Of a DNA stretch of 64,000 bases, positions 49,848-60,246 are shown one piece after another. Both the position numbers and the translations under genes were made by a program. The number at the start of each line of letters is the position of its first letter. The stretch's first letter is position 1. The stretch is from an uncultured candidate division Zixibacteria bacterium (GTDB taxonomy: Bacteria; Zixibacteria; MSB-5A5; GN15; PGXB01). The stretch spans positions 512,001 to 576,000 of the forward strand of contig OY969724.1 of NCBI GenBank assembly GCA_963702205.1, given 5' to 3'. The notes under the pieces were generated by a model, which was not told where the DNA came from, did no database searches, and saw only the letters and a list, made by a program, of their open reading frames with translations.

Positions 49848-51221
49848 ATGATATCCGAAGCAAATTTTGATTCAAGCAAGTTATGGAATAACTGCCTTGA
49901 CTATGTTGCCCTGCGGGTGAACAATCACTCGTTTAACACCTGGTTCAAGCATACCCGGGGATCGCAACAGGACGACGGCTCTTTGAAAATTGTCGTCCCC
50001 AACCGATTTGTGGCCGACTGGCTGTCGGACCGGTACGCCGATCTTATCGACGAGGCTTTAATACAGATCAACGGGGTGGCGATGCCGTATGTTTTCGAAA
50101 TCAAGAACGGAAACGGCGACGGCAACGGCCAGACCGAGATCGAATTTCAAAGCCGTCCGGTGCCGGTTCATCCGGTTGCACCGGTGACTGTCCACCCGGA
50201 TTATGCCTTGAACGGCAAGTATCGTTTCGACAATTTCGTCGTCGGCAGCTCCAACCAGTTTGCCCACGCCGCCGCGCTTGCCGTATCAGAGGCCCCGGGC
50301 AAGACCAATTATAATCCCTTGTTCATGTATGGCGGGACCGGTTTGGGTAAAACTCATCTATTGGAGGCCATCGGCAACACCGTCAAGGAGAAATTCCCCG
50401 GCAAGCGTATCATATACGCCTCGTCGGAAAAGTTCACGTCCGATTTTATTAACTCTTTGTCCAACGGGACGACTCTGAAATTCACGTCGTTGTATCGCAC
50501 CGCCGACTTGCTGTTAATCGACGACACGCAGTTTTTCAGCGGCAAAGAATCGACCCAGGAACAATTCTTCCATACCTTCAACGACCTCTATCACAGTGGC
50601 CGTCAGATCGTCCTCACATCTGATCGCCATCCCAAAGACACCAAGGGTCTGGAAGAAAGGTTGCTGTCGCGGTTTGCCTCTGGGCTCGTGGCCGACCTTC
50701 AGCCACCCGATCTGGAAACGCGCATGGCTATTTTGAGACGGCGTATCGAGCAGGATAAATCCTCGATGCCGGAGGACGTGCTGTATTTCATCGCTGACAA
50801 CGTGCGGTCCAATATCCGTGAATTGGAGGGGTGTTTGACGCGGTTGACGGCTTACGCCTCGATCAGCAAGGCGGAAATCAACCTGAATTTCGCTCAGGAG
50901 GTCCTGGGCAAAGACATTTTCCAGGTTAAAAAAGAAATTACGGTCAAGCAGGTGCAGAAGAAGACGGCCGAAGTGTTCAATATCGACCCGGCCATGATGA
51001 CGGCCAAGAAAAAAACCGCCCCGGTGGCGCTGGCCCGTCAGGTCGCGATGTATCTTACGCGGAAGCACACGTCGCTGTCCTTGAAAGCCATCGGTGAAGC
51101 TTTCGGCGGGCGGGATCATTCGACGGTTATTCACGCCTGTGAACTGATCGCTCAGAAGATCGAAACGGACTCCAATTTCAGAAGAAAGGTAGCCGATTTA
51201 ACCCACACTCTGCTGGCGTAG
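49848..51221 (+). CDS. dnaA: Chromosomal replication initiator DnaA
   Basis: Y.FDNFVVG.SN, YNPLFMYGGTGLGKTHL, LLIDD, RELEG, GGRDHSTVIH. Confidence 0.98.
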   Translation: MISEANFDSSKLWNNCLDYVALRVNNHSFNTWFKHTRGSQQDDGSLKIVVPNRFVADWLSDRYADLIDEALIQINGVAMPYVFEIKNGNGDGNGQTEIEFQSRPVPVHPVAPVTVHPDYALNGKYRFDNFVVGSSNQFAHAAALAVSEAPGKTNYNPLFMYGGTGLGKTHLLEAIGNTVKEKFPGKRIIYASSEKFTSDFINSLSNGTTLKFTSLYRTADLLLIDDTQFFSGKESTQEQFFHTFNDLYHSGRQIVLTSDRHPKDTKGLEERLLSRFASGLVADLQPPDLETRMAILRRRIEQDKSSMPEDVLYFIADNVRSNIRELEGCLTRLTAYASISKAEINLNFAQEVLGKDIFQVKKEITVKQVQKKTAEVFNIDPAMMTAKKKTAPVALARQVAMYLTRKHTSLSLKAIGEAFGGRDHSTVIHACELIAQKIETDSNFRRKVADLTHTLLA

Positions 51222-51494
51222 ATGGTGATGATAAACGGTTGACAAACATGAGCAGTATTTGTGGACAAAAAACGGATGTGCAAAAGCGACGTGATTATCA
51301 ATGTTTATTGACAATCAGATCATAAAAAAATTAATATGAAAAGGAAGATTAAGAACTTGAGATATAATAAGATCACGAAATGGAGCGGGACTTTATAAAC
51401 ATTTTAACATTGCTTATAAGAACTATTATTTAGATATATATCCTCAGAATTATACAAAGAGGGTGTTTAAAAGCCTTAGTTAAGGAAGGTTTGA
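51222..51494. other. oriC part 2: dnaA-dnaN spacer with DnaA-box variants and AT-rich tract
   Basis: TGTGGACAA 51260, TTATAAACA 51393; AT-rich TTATAAGAACTATTATTTAGATATATAT about 51414-51441. Confidence 0.65.
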
Positions 51495-52604
51495 ATGAAG
51501 TTCAACATATCGAAATCCAAACTCAATAAATGTCTTCAGTCGGTAATGCAGGTAGTTCCGAGTAAGTCGACCCTCCCGATATTGTCCAACATTCTTTTTG
51601 AATCATTCGAAGACAGGATAAAGGTATCGGCCACGGACCTTGAGGTTTCTATCACGGTTACGCTGGAATGCAGCATCGGCAAAAAAGGTGTTGCGGTTCT
51701 TCCGGGACGAATACTGTTTGATATTGTCAAAGAACTTCCCGAATCCGAGATATCGTTCGAGGGCACGACCAATCGAGTGGAACTTAAGGTTCCCAATGGG
51801 TCATACAAGATTGCCTGTGCGTCGGTGGAAGACTTCCCCAAGCTGCCGGTGGCCAATACCAAAAAGCAGATTGAGATCGACGGCCAGGATTTGGTGACGA
51901 TGATCCGCAAGACGACGTTCGCGTGCAGCAAAGATGAAACTCGTCCGGCTTTAAACGGTGTGCTCTGGTCGACCAAGGGCGATATGATGACGATGGTGGC
52001 CACCGACGGACATCGGCTGGCTAAGGCTTCGGTAGAGAATAAAAAGCTTAAAGGTCTTTCTGAGGATATTATTATTCCCCCCAAGGTATTGGATATAATT
52101 CCGAAATTCATTTCGGAAAATGAGCCGGTCGGTATAATTTTCGGCGAAAACAATATTATTTTCAATCTGAATGAAGTCATTCTGACGTCGCGATTAATAG
52201 AAGGTCCTTACCCCAATTTCGAACAGGTTATTCCCAACGAAAACGACAAGAAGATGGTCATCAATAAGGATGATCTGTCCGGTGCGGTGAGGCGCGTTTC
52301 TATCTTGTCCAATGCCCTGACACACCAGGTTAAGTTCAGCCTGAAGAACAACAATCTGACTATATCCACAACCAACGCCGACGTCGGTGGTGAGGGCAAA
52401 GAAACTCTATCGTGCGAGTTCGCCGGCGAGACGATCGAGCTCGGGTATAATGCGCTGTATATCACCGATATTTTGAATAAGATCGAGGGTGACGAGGTTT
52501 TGTTCGAGCTGACCAATGCGGTCTCAGCGGGTGTGATTATTTCTCCCGAGGTTCCCCGGGATGAATATCTCTGCCTGATTATGCCGCTGCGTCTGGCCGA
52601 TTAG
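51495..52604 (+). CDS. dnaN: DNA polymerase III beta sliding clamp
   Basis: LPILSNIL, ATDLE, RPALNGV, ATDGHRL, LIEGPYP, LIMPLR. Confidence 0.98.
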   Translation: MKFNISKSKLNKCLQSVMQVVPSKSTLPILSNILFESFEDRIKVSATDLEVSITVTLECSIGKKGVAVLPGRILFDIVKELPESEISFEGTTNRVELKVPNGSYKIACASVEDFPKLPVANTKKQIEIDGQDLVTMIRKTTFACSKDETRPALNGVLWSTKGDMMTMVATDGHRLAKASVENKKLKGLSEDIIIPPKVLDIIPKFISENEPVGIIFGENNIIFNLNEVILTSRLIEGPYPNFEQVIPNENDKKMVINKDDLSGAVRRVSILSNALTHQVKFSLKNNNLTISTTNADVGGEGKETLSCEFAGETIELGYNALYITDILNKIEGDEVLFELTNAVSAGVIISPEVPRDEYLCLIMPLRLAD

Positions 52605-52660
52605 TTGGGTTTTATTATCAGCGGTTGCTTTTAGGCGGTCGCGGCCTTATATATCCCGGC

Positions 52661-53749
52661 ATGCACCTGGCGAATTTAGATATTTCAAATTTCCGTAATT
52701 TTTCATCGGCAAAAATATCTTTCGGTGATAGCATAAATATTTTCCACGGGCAGAACGGTTCCGGAAAAACTAATCTGCTGGAAGCAATATTCGTCGTTCT
52801 GCTCGGTCGTTCGGCCAGGGGCGCCAATGACGTCGTTATGCTCAATGAACAGTCCGAGCATTACCGGCTCGAAGCCGAAGTATTTAAAGATAGCAAAGGT
52901 CATCTCTTTGCTCTGGCTTATCAAAAAGGCGGGCGGAAGAAAATTACCAAGGACAAAATCGATATCAAGATAGCCGAGCTGTTCAAAGACAACAGCGCTG
53001 TTTTCGCGGCGCCGGGCGATATCGAGATTTTGTCCGGGGCTCCGGCCGGGCGGCGGGAGTTTTTGAACATCTATATTTCGCAGGTCTCGCCCAATTACCT
53101 GGCGGATCTGGCCGAGTACCAGAAAATTCTGGCCCAGAAAAATGCTTTTCTCAAGCAGGAGAGAGCCGATGACTGCATTTATGATGATCTTCAGGTGCAG
53201 TGCGGGTCGCGGATAATGCATACGAGGCTGAATTTCATAAAGAACATCTCGGTGTTTGCGTCGAAATATTACGATAAGATTTCCGGGGCACATAAGTTTG
53301 GTGCATCGTACCGACCGTCGGTGGCGTTGGACAGCGATGATTTCAATATCGAAGAAATCGCAACCGCGTTCGAGTTGAAGCTGGCCAGATATAAAGAGCG
53401 CGAGAGAATAATGCAGACGGCGCTGGTGGGGCCGCACCGGGATGATATTGAGTTTATTATACGGGCATATCCGGCGCGCACCCACGCTTCACAGGGAGAG
53501 CTTCGTACGGCGGCGATAGCGCTTAAGCTGGCGGTGTTCGATTATATCAAAGAGAAGCGGGGCCGGACGCCGGTTCTGCTGCTCGATGAGATTTTCGCCG
53601 AACTCGACAAGGAGCGCCGCAATATGCTGATCGAATCGTTCGACAATTTCGGGCAGGTATTCATCACGACGGCGTCGCAGGTTCCGGACGGCCTTTCCGG
53701 GTCGGCCGAAAGCTTCCTGATAAAAGATGGTGCCATAACAGGCTCGTAG
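52661..53749 (+). CDS. recF: DNA replication/repair protein RecF
   Basis: NFRN, GQNGSGKTNLLEAI, GPHRDD, SQGE, LLLDEIFAELD. Confidence 0.96.
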   Translation: MHLANLDISNFRNFSSAKISFGDSINIFHGQNGSGKTNLLEAIFVVLLGRSARGANDVVMLNEQSEHYRLEAEVFKDSKGHLFALAYQKGGRKKITKDKIDIKIAELFKDNSAVFAAPGDIEILSGAPAGRREFLNIYISQVSPNYLADLAEYQKILAQKNAFLKQERADDCIYDDLQVQCGSRIMHTRLNFIKNISVFASKYYDKISGAHKFGASYRPSVALDSDDFNIEEIATAFELKLARYKERERIMQTALVGPHRDDIEFIIRAYPARTHASQGELRTAAIALKLAVFDYIKEKRGRTPVLLLDEIFAELDKERRNMLIESFDNFGQVFITTASQVPDGLSGSAESFLIKDGAITGS

Positions 53750-53763
53750 AATTATAATATATC

Positions 53764-54813
53764 ATGCCGCGATTGAATATTGTCAGAGTTGAGAAATCGT
53801 TCGACGGACAGAAGGTCCTCGACGATGTCAACCTCCAGACGGCCGACGGTGAACTGGTGGTGGTGCTGGGGCCGTCGGGGTGCGGCAAGTCTACTCTGCT
53901 GCGTCTGGTGGCCGGACTGGAAGAGATCGATTCAGGGGAAATCTGGATCGGGACGCGGCGGGTCGATCAGCTGGTGCCGCAGAAGCGCAATGTCTCGCTG
54001 GTGTTTCAAAATTACGCCCTCTACCCTCACATGACGGTCGAGCAAAACCTAGCTTTTCCGCTCAAGATTTCCGGAGAAAATAAAAAGAAGATCAAAGACC
54101 GGGTGATACACGCGGCGTCGCTGATCGGTCTGGCCGATCGTCTGGATGCCCGGCCGGTGGAGCTGTCCGGCGGCCAGCGGCAGAGGGTGGCGCTGGGGCG
54201 GGCGATAATCCGTCAGCCGGATATATACCTTCTCGATGAGCCGCTGTCAAACCTCGACGCCGATCTTCGCACCCGCATGCGCCGCGAACTGGTGGTGCTC
54301 CAGAAAAATCTCGGAACGACCATGATCCATGTGACGCACGATCAGACCGAGGCGCTGACTATGGCCGACCGTCTGGCCGTCATTGAATCGGGCAAAATCA
54401 GACAGGTCGGGACGGTCGACGACGTTTATAACCGCCCGGCGGACCTTTTTGTGGCGTCATTTATCGGGACACCCAAAATGAATTTTGTGACCGGGTGGAT
54501 TTCGGAAAATACGATCAAGCCGTTCAATTTGTCGATAGTGCACGTGCCGGCGGATTATGAATTCCAGGAAGTGACAGTCGGGATTCGACCGGAGGATGTA
54601 TTGATCGGTGCCGACGGGCTGTTTAACGGAGAAGTTTCGAGCATCGAGTATCTCGGCAATCGGAGTGTCGTGACGTTCAAGTATAACGACGTGATATTGA
54701 ATACAGTTACCGATTCCGGTAAGTACAATATCGGGGAAAATATCAGGTTTTCGGTCAATACCGGCCGGTGTCATATATTTCATAAAGAGTCGGGTGTTTG
54801 TTTGAGTAGTTGA
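53764..54813 (+). CDS. MalK/UgpC-family ABC ATPase (no cognate permease adjacent)
   Basis: GPSGCGKST, VFQNYALYPHMTV, LSGGQRQR, DEPLSNLD, TOBE-like C-terminus. Confidence 0.93.
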   Translation: MPRLNIVRVEKSFDGQKVLDDVNLQTADGELVVVLGPSGCGKSTLLRLVAGLEEIDSGEIWIGTRRVDQLVPQKRNVSLVFQNYALYPHMTVEQNLAFPLKISGENKKKIKDRVIHAASLIGLADRLDARPVELSGGQRQRVALGRAIIRQPDIYLLDEPLSNLDADLRTRMRRELVVLQKNLGTTMIHVTHDQTEALTMADRLAVIESGKIRQVGTVDDVYNRPADLFVASFIGTPKMNFVTGWISENTIKPFNLSIVHVPADYEFQEVTVGIRPEDVLIGADGLFNGEVSSIEYLGNRSVVTFKYNDVILNTVTDSGKYNIGENIRFSVNTGRCHIFHKESGVCLSS

Positions 54814-54840
54814 GATTGACTACTTGTCGGTCAGTACTTA

Positions 54841-54981
54841 TCAGGCGGCAGACGAGGGCGTCGGCCGCCCACGGAATGCATTGAACCGAAGAGACTGGAT
54901 ACCCGCGTACGCGGGTATGACATTGTTGAAGCTTCGGTGCATTGAAATCAAGATGTCAGGAGCGCAGGGCTCCTGACCTAC
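54841..54981. repeat. REP-like hairpin cluster
   Basis: GGCGGCAGACG..CGTCGGCCGCC, ATACCCGCGTACGCGGGTATGACA, TGTCAGGAGC..GCTCCTGACCTAC. Confidence 0.8.
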
Positions 54982-54996
54982 CAAGACTAAGATAGC

Positions 54997-56589
54997 CTAT
55001 TTAAGCAGAACCGCTTTGGCTATTTTGCTCTGGTTGTCGGTTGAGGCTTTGATGAAATAGACGCCCGAGGCGGCTTTTGAACCATCCCAAGTGTATTCGT
55101 ACTGCCCGGCGGGGATAGTACAGTCCACGACCTGTCCGACCTTTTGCCCTGTTATATTGTAGACTTCTATTTTCAGATGAGATTTGCCGTTCAGTTCGAC
55201 CGGAATGCTCAGGGTCGGGTTAAAGGGGTTTGGGTAGGCCGGGCCGAGAGTGAATGATGATGGAAGAACCGATTGCGGGGGTTCGTCGGTGCCGGTTGTT
55301 ATGGATATATCATAGGCGTTGAGATGACCGGATTGAACGGCTATCAGCTTCGGATCACCGAAGGTATCTAATGATGAATAAGCGAAAACGGCATCCGTCG
55401 GAGCGAGGAAGTCGTACGAAGAATCCGATATTTGCCCATCCGCGGCATTTCGGACGTAGAGTTTTTCGTTCTGCACGGTAAAAAGATCGCCGGAAAAATC
55501 CTTGGTGGCAAAGATGTATTTTATTTCGGGCTGGCTGGTGATATCTATTTTCCAGAGCGTATCCATGTGATCGGCCGCAGCGAGATTATAAAGGGCCAGG
55601 TGCCGAGACGAATCTTCGCAAAGTAAAGTTAAATCATCATAGTCATAACCTTGAGAACTCTGATACTCGGTGGCTGCGAACTCATAGCCGGGCACAGCGG
55701 GATTTATATCATCAATCCAGTGGCATTCAAATAATGCGTAATTAATGGTGGTAGCCTGGGGACAATTATATTCATAAGGAAGGATTCCCGCGAAAACACG
55801 CGTACTGTCAATATAACCGTTTATGGTCGATTGGGTTTTATCATACATATAGCCATAATTGGCAATCGCCGGATGCCATAAATAGTTATAGTACTCGCCC
55901 ATCGCTACGTCAATAAGTGTATCCGGATGGAATAGCGGCAGTCTCTTATAATCGGTATATGGTAACCAATCGACTATCGACGTGGTGCCTGCGAAAATGT
56001 CAATTGTATAAATAATATCCACATTATAGCAATACCACATTTGCTCAATTTCGTTATTATAATTCGTGCATTTTACTCTGGCATATAGTTTTTCTTCTCC
56101 GCCATTGCCTGAATCAATAAAAAACAGGCTGTCGCAATATGGATTGAAATACGTTTCGTACCATACCAGGTCCGGTAATTGGGTTATATGCTGCGTGACA
56201 AGATTCGTATATCCGAAAGTGCTCAAATGGGTCGTTAAAACTTCGTCTATATTGTATGGGCTGTCCCAATTTCGATGGATTTCAACAAAATCCAATAAGG
56301 TATCATTATCGAGATAAGCTACGGCTATTTTGGCATCCTGAGCGTAAGGTGTTTTATTAATATAGTCAATCGTTTTGCCGTAGCGGATCGACCAGGTCGC
56401 GAACATATTTTTGTTTTCGGCCTGGATCTCGTAGTAACCGTCGCGGTCGTGGTCGGTGACCTTGAATGTCGTCGATGGATTGATATAGAATGTGTCGGGC
56501 AGTGCGGACGATATATCCAGATTCAGATTGATTCCGGCTGTGACTGGGCCGGCAATCATAAGCAATAGAATTAATGAAAGCCTTATCAT
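54997..56589 (-). CDS. Secreted protein with C-terminal T9SS-like domain
   Basis: Signal peptide; LGPAYPNPFNPT...VYNITGQKV...WDG..AASGVYF...KAVLLK. Confidence 0.82.
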   Translation of the reverse strand: MIRLSLILLLMIAGPVTAGINLNLDISSALPDTFYINPSTTFKVTDHDRDGYYEIQAENKNMFATWSIRYGKTIDYINKTPYAQDAKIAVAYLDNDTLLDFVEIHRNWDSPYNIDEVLTTHLSTFGYTNLVTQHITQLPDLVWYETYFNPYCDSLFFIDSGNGGEEKLYARVKCTNYNNEIEQMWYCYNVDIIYTIDIFAGTTSIVDWLPYTDYKRLPLFHPDTLIDVAMGEYYNYLWHPAIANYGYMYDKTQSTINGYIDSTRVFAGILPYEYNCPQATTINYALFECHWIDDINPAVPGYEFAATEYQSSQGYDYDDLTLLCEDSSRHLALYNLAAADHMDTLWKIDITSQPEIKYIFATKDFSGDLFTVQNEKLYVRNAADGQISDSSYDFLAPTDAVFAYSSLDTFGDPKLIAVQSGHLNAYDISITTGTDEPPQSVLPSSFTLGPAYPNPFNPTLSIPVELNGKSHLKIEVYNITGQKVGQVVDCTIPAGQYEYTWDGSKAASGVYFIKASTDNQSKIAKAVLLK

Positions 56590-56714
56590 TTTCGAGTCCC
56601 CTGTCTTAATTATAATGACGTTTATTTTTGGGATTTGTCAAGTGCGTATTTGGGTGGGATCGGGACCCGGGGCGAGCGCGATGATAAAGCACATGGCGGT
56701 TTGCTTATTCGTAG

Positions 56715-56746
56715 TCAGGCGGCAGACGGGGGCGTCTGCCGCCCAC
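56715..56746. repeat. Second copy of the 54841 hairpin
   Basis: TCAGGCGGCAGACGGGGGCGTCTGCCGCCCAC. Confidence 0.8.
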
Positions 56747-56804
56747 AGAATAAACAATAGGAATGCTTTAAAAATCGAATTTGTTTTGGGAGTGTCTGGT
56801 TAAG

Positions 56805-57155
56805 TCAGGAAGCGAATTTGTCGAATTTTTCCCAGTAGGTTTCGGAAAGCTTATACGGCGTGAAGTCGCCCTGCGCTTCGGCCGGGACGATCAGGCCCAT
56901 TCGTTCGGCGTAATTTAACAGCTCGATAAACTCGGTGTATTTATACATCTGGACGGTTTCGGGGGCGTCGGGTCCGAACGACCACTCCCCTTCTTTCTTG
57001 CCGAGCGCGCCGACGTTGTCCTTGCAAAGGGCGTGAAGATACTGCTGGAGGGAGTATTGCTGCTTGTCGAAATAGTCGATGGGCGGCTGGGGCATTGGAA
57101 TTGGAGCCCCGAGCGCTATTTCATATCGGAAATGGCTATATGTCTCGATACTCAT
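56805..57155 (-). CDS. Hypothetical protein (116 aa)
   Basis: Sole sizeable ORF in the gap; codon usage resembles host genes. Confidence 0.65.
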   Translation of the reverse strand: MSIETYSHFRYEIALGAPIPMPQPPIDYFDKQQYSLQQYLHALCKDNVGALGKKEGEWSFGPDAPETVQMYKYTEFIELLNYAERMGLIVPAEAQGDFTPYKLSETYWEKFDKFAS

Positions 57156-57272
57156 ATTTTTATAATCGGCTAATTCCCATAAAATTAACAGCTTTAATTG
57201 AGTCTAAATTTGGATAAATTTTGACACGTTGTCAATAAAAATGATTAAAGAAGTCCGGGAATCGGATAAGCC

Positions 57273-58370
57273 CTATTTCACGCGTTTCGAGAAGCGCAGG
57301 GATGAGAAGGTGAAGACGGCGACGCCGAAGATTATCATCGCTATCACCTGTTTGTGCAAAATGTCGATCGACGAACCTTTCATCATGATTCCCCGCACAA
57401 TAGTCATGTAATAACGCATCGGGTTTAAGTATGTCAGCGCCTGCACCACTTTGGGCATGTTGGCAATCGGTATGAAAAAGCCCGAAGTCAGAATCGCGAA
57501 AATAGAAAAGAACCACGCGAAAAACATCGCCTGCTGCTGGGTTTTGGTCGCGGTCGAGATGAACATCCCCACCCCGAGCGACGTGAACAGGTAGATAAAC
57601 GACAGGAAGTACAGCAGTCCCCACGAGCCCGCGAACGGAATCTTGAACCAGATGATCCCGAACGCCAGCGCAATCGACATTTCTATGAAGCCGATGATAG
57701 CGAACGGGATGGTTTTGCCGAGGATCAGACCGGGGGTAGAGATTGGGGTCACCATGAGCTGTTCGAGCGTCCCTCTCTCCCTCTCGCGGACGATGCCCAT
57801 CGCGGTCAGCATGACGGTTATCATGGTCAATAGTACGGCCACGATTCCGGGAACCATGAAATAGACCGACTCGGCCTCGGGATTGAACAGGTTTTTCTGG
57901 CGCAACTGTATCGGCATATTGAACCCGAGGACGCGTTTGTTGAACTGAGCAGTGATCAGACCGGCGTAGCCGAGGGTGATCGAGGCGGTGTTGGCGTTGG
58001 AGCCGTCGAGCAACAGCCCGACTTCGACCTTTTCGCGGTTGTCGATTTTTTCCGAGAAATCCACGGGGATAATCAAGACGGCGTTTCTGCGGTTCTGGCG
58101 GAAAGCCAGATCGGCGTTGAGAAGCGGGAGTTTGTCTTTGGAAGTGACGAAATAATCACCGGCCGACAGCGAACGCACGTAATCGCGCGACAGGCTGCTA
58201 TGGTCGAAATCGTAGACGGCCGTGTTGATGAGTTTGACGTCGGTCGAGACGGCATACCCCAGCAGGAGCAGTTGTATCAGCGGCATGATGAACAACAGGC
58301 GGAGCATGATCGGGTCGCGCAGGACCTGCCGGAATTCCTTTATAATCAGGGCGATAATGGTCTGTATCAT
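57273..58370 (-). CDS. ABC-2 permease (YbhR-like)
   Basis: KEFRQVLRD, FMVPG, RERERGTLEQLMVTP. Confidence 0.92.
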   Translation of the reverse strand: MIQTIIALIIKEFRQVLRDPIMLRLLFIMPLIQLLLLGYAVSTDVKLINTAVYDFDHSSLSRDYVRSLSAGDYFVTSKDKLPLLNADLAFRQNRRNAVLIIPVDFSEKIDNREKVEVGLLLDGSNANTASITLGYAGLITAQFNKRVLGFNMPIQLRQKNLFNPEAESVYFMVPGIVAVLLTMITVMLTAMGIVRERERGTLEQLMVTPISTPGLILGKTIPFAIIGFIEMSIALAFGIIWFKIPFAGSWGLLYFLSFIYLFTSLGVGMFISTATKTQQQAMFFAWFFSIFAILTSGFFIPIANMPKVVQALTYLNPMRYYMTIVRGIMMKGSSIDILHKQVIAMIIFGVAVFTFSSLRFSKRVK

Positions 58371-58373
58371 GGT

Positions 58374-59516
58374 TCAACCGATTTTCAGTTTAAAGCGTTT
58401 GGTGGCTACGGTCAGCAGGACGAACGTTATCAATATCAAAAAGACGGCCTGAGGCCAGAGTTCGGCCAGTCCGGAGCTTTTGAGCATAATCCCCCGGATT
58501 ATCTGCAGAAAGTACGTCGCCGGGATGATGCGGGTTATCTGCTGCAAAATGAACGGCATGTTTTTTATTTCGAAAATGAAACCGGACAGCATAACCGACG
58601 GCAGGACGGTAGCCATGACCGCACCCATCATCGCCACCTGCTGTGTGTCGGCGATGGTCGAGATGAGCACGCCAAGTGACAGCGCGGCGGTGATATATAT
58701 CCCCATAAAGAACAGCAGAAGGATGACCGAGCCGTTGAACGGTACCCCGAAATGGAAGACACCGAATGCCAGAACGAGAAGGCCATCGAGAAACGCCAGG
58801 CCGATATAGGGCATAACTTTGCCGATAATAATCTGTTTGGCGGTGACCGGTGACGTTAATAGCTGTTCCATAGTGCCGGTTTCTTTTTCGCGGGCGATGG
58901 TGACCGAGGTCAGCAGGGCCGAGATCATCATGAGAATTATGGCGATCAGTCCGGGCACGAAGAAATGCGAGGACTTCAGGTCCGGGTTGTAAAGTACCTG
59001 CCGGGAGATTTCCACTCCGGGAAATTCCATACCGGGCGGCAGCTGCGAGGCGAGGTATTCATTGACGATGACGGCGGCGTAACTTCCGGCGGCCGCGGCG
59101 ACATTGGCATCGGCTCCGTCGAGCAGAAGACCGATATCGTAGACGTCGCTGCTGCCGAAAAGTGAGGCCTCCGGATTGGAGCGGATCGATTCGATTTTGT
59201 CAGCAAAGCCGGGCTTGATTATAAGTACGGCGTTGGCGTCGCCGGCCTTAAGAATTCTTTCCGGGTCAGACAGCGACGGTTCCTCATCGGAGTGGAAGAA
59301 ATACCCTGAGTTATAGAACTTGTTTGCCAGCTCACGTGATTCGAAGGAATGATCGTAGTCGAGCACGCCGAGGGTGATATTTTTTATGTCGAGATTGACG
59401 GCGTAACCGTAGAGGAGCGTCATGAATATCGGCATCATAATGGCGATGAAAAGCGAACGCGGGTCGCGCAGGATGTGGCGGAATTCTTTGGCGGCGATGT
59501 AACGAATCTTAGACAC
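58374..59516 (-). CDS. ABC-2 permease (YbhS-like)
   Basis: KEFRHILRDP, YNPDL, REKETGTMEQL. Confidence 0.92.
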   Translation of the reverse strand: MSKIRYIAAKEFRHILRDPRSLFIAIMMPIFMTLLYGYAVNLDIKNITLGVLDYDHSFESRELANKFYNSGYFFHSDEEPSLSDPERILKAGDANAVLIIKPGFADKIESIRSNPEASLFGSSDVYDIGLLLDGADANVAAAAGSYAAVIVNEYLASQLPPGMEFPGVEISRQVLYNPDLKSSHFFVPGLIAIILMMISALLTSVTIAREKETGTMEQLLTSPVTAKQIIIGKVMPYIGLAFLDGLLVLAFGVFHFGVPFNGSVILLLFFMGIYITAALSLGVLISTIADTQQVAMMGAVMATVLPSVMLSGFIFEIKNMPFILQQITRIIPATYFLQIIRGIMLKSSGLAELWPQAVFLILITFVLLTVATKRFKLKIG

Positions 59517-60246
59517 TGGCTCCCTCGCGCGAAATCAGCTTGATGAACACTTCCTGAAGGTCTTTTTCGCCGTGCTTTTCGATCAGGTCGCGCGGTTGTC
59601 CCATTTCGATGATGCGTCCGTGGTGCATGATGGAGATCCTGTCGCAGAATTCCGCTTCGTCCATATAATGCGTGGTGACGAACAGAGTCGTGCCCGATTC
59701 GGCCAGATGGTACAGTATGTTCCAGAAGCGTCTGCGGAATATGGGATCGACACCGCCGGTCGGTTCATCGAGGAAGAGAATTTCCGGTTCGTGCATAAGG
59801 GCCGCGGCCAGCGCCAGTCTCTGCCTCCATCCGACCGGGAGTGAACCCGACAGGCGGCCGACAAATTCGCCGAGGTTGAGTCGCTCGACCATTTCGTCGA
59901 TTTTCTTTTTTAGCCGTTTTGGCGGGAGTCTGTATACGGAGCCGTAGAACTGAAGGTTCTCCTTTCCGGTCAGGTCGGGGTACAGAGAGAATTTCTGGGA
60001 CATGTATCCAATCGAGCGCTTTATCTGCTCATTTTCTTTATAGATATCGAAGCCGCTGACTCGTCCTTCGCCGGAGGTTGGAAGAAGCAGCCCGCAAAGC
60101 ATGCGGATGGCGGTCGTCTTCCCGGCCCCGTTGGCCCCGAGGAAGCCGAATATTTCGCCCTTTTTGACCGTCAGGCTGATCTGATCGACGGCGGTGAACT
60201 CTCCGAATTGTCGGGTGAGGTCTTTTATGACGACGGCATCGCTCAT
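59509..60246 (-). CDS. ABC ATPase (YbhF C-terminal half-like)
   Basis: GANGAGKTT, YMSQKFSLY, LDEPTGGVDP. Confidence 0.93.
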   Translation of the reverse strand: MSDAVVIKDLTRQFGEFTAVDQISLTVKKGEIFGFLGANGAGKTTAIRMLCGLLLPTSGEGRVSGFDIYKENEQIKRSIGYMSQKFSLYPDLTGKENLQFYGSVYRLPPKRLKKKIDEMVERLNLGEFVGRLSGSLPVGWRQRLALAAALMHEPEILFLDEPTGGVDPIFRRRFWNILYHLAESGTTLFVTTHYMDEAEFCDRISIMHHGRIIEMGQPRDLIEKHGEKDLQEVFIKLISREGASV

